The position numbers were made by a program, and so were the translations under genes. The notes beneath the pieces were generated by a model. The model ran no database searches. It was not told the origin of the DNA and was given only the letters and a program-made list of their open reading frames with translations. Shown here in pieces: positions 63,788-64,000 of a stretch of DNA of 64,000 bases (the first letter of the stretch is position 1; each line of letters starts with the position of its first letter). Source of the stretch: Octopus sinensis (lineage: Eukaryota); the NCBI RefSeq assembly GCF_006345805.1, contig NC_042999.1, positions 10,106,001 to 10,170,000 on the forward strand, given 5' to 3'.

Positions 63788-64000
63788 GGCATTGGATTAC
63801 CTCGAGCTCTGCTGTTAGTTTGGCGACCACAACTGAGAACAGCCGCCCAGACGAGTAAAAACAAATGTTTTCCACAATACCATAAACACATACACATATG
63901 TATCATCATCATCATCATCAGCATCATCATCAATGAACAGCCCTTTCCTATGCTGGTAGAGGTTGGACTCTTTGATAGGGACCAACGAATCTAAAGACCA

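Overview
AT-rich, microsatellite-dense eukaryotic DNA. The repeat families (several tRNA-derived SINEs, R4/Dong, CR1, RTE and Tx1 LINEs) resemble those I recognise from coleoid cephalopods, probably Octopus; this is an inference. Most ORFs in the supplied track are microsatellite artefacts. Transposon content: a decayed Gypsy pol, a near full-length CR1-clade LINE with tandem CCCH fingers in ORF1, several R4/Dong-type REL-LINE pieces, Tx1, RTE and Tigger remnants, hAT and fold-back MITEs, Helentron-type (HINE) elements and dozens of SINE copies. Two things stand out. (1) There is a cluster of type-I hammerhead ribozyme (HHR) folds. The best is a 2.2-copy head-to-tail ~600-bp array at 10.3-11.7 kb with a complete canonical HHR in each unit, i.e. 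a retrozyme or Penelope-pLTR-like structure predicted to release a 599-nt monomer. Further HHR folds sit inside fold-back palindromes (1.6, 6.9, 24.5 kb) and alone at 36.3 kb. (2) A phase-consistent three-exon minus-strand gene model (57035-56942, 53098-52841, 52656-52598) encodes an unrecognised 136-aa protein with an N-terminal hydrophobic segment. Its TAG stop lies inside an exon that stays open to a perfect donor, which raises a speculative editing/readthrough hypothesis. All folds and splice models were derived by eye and SINE boundaries are approximate.
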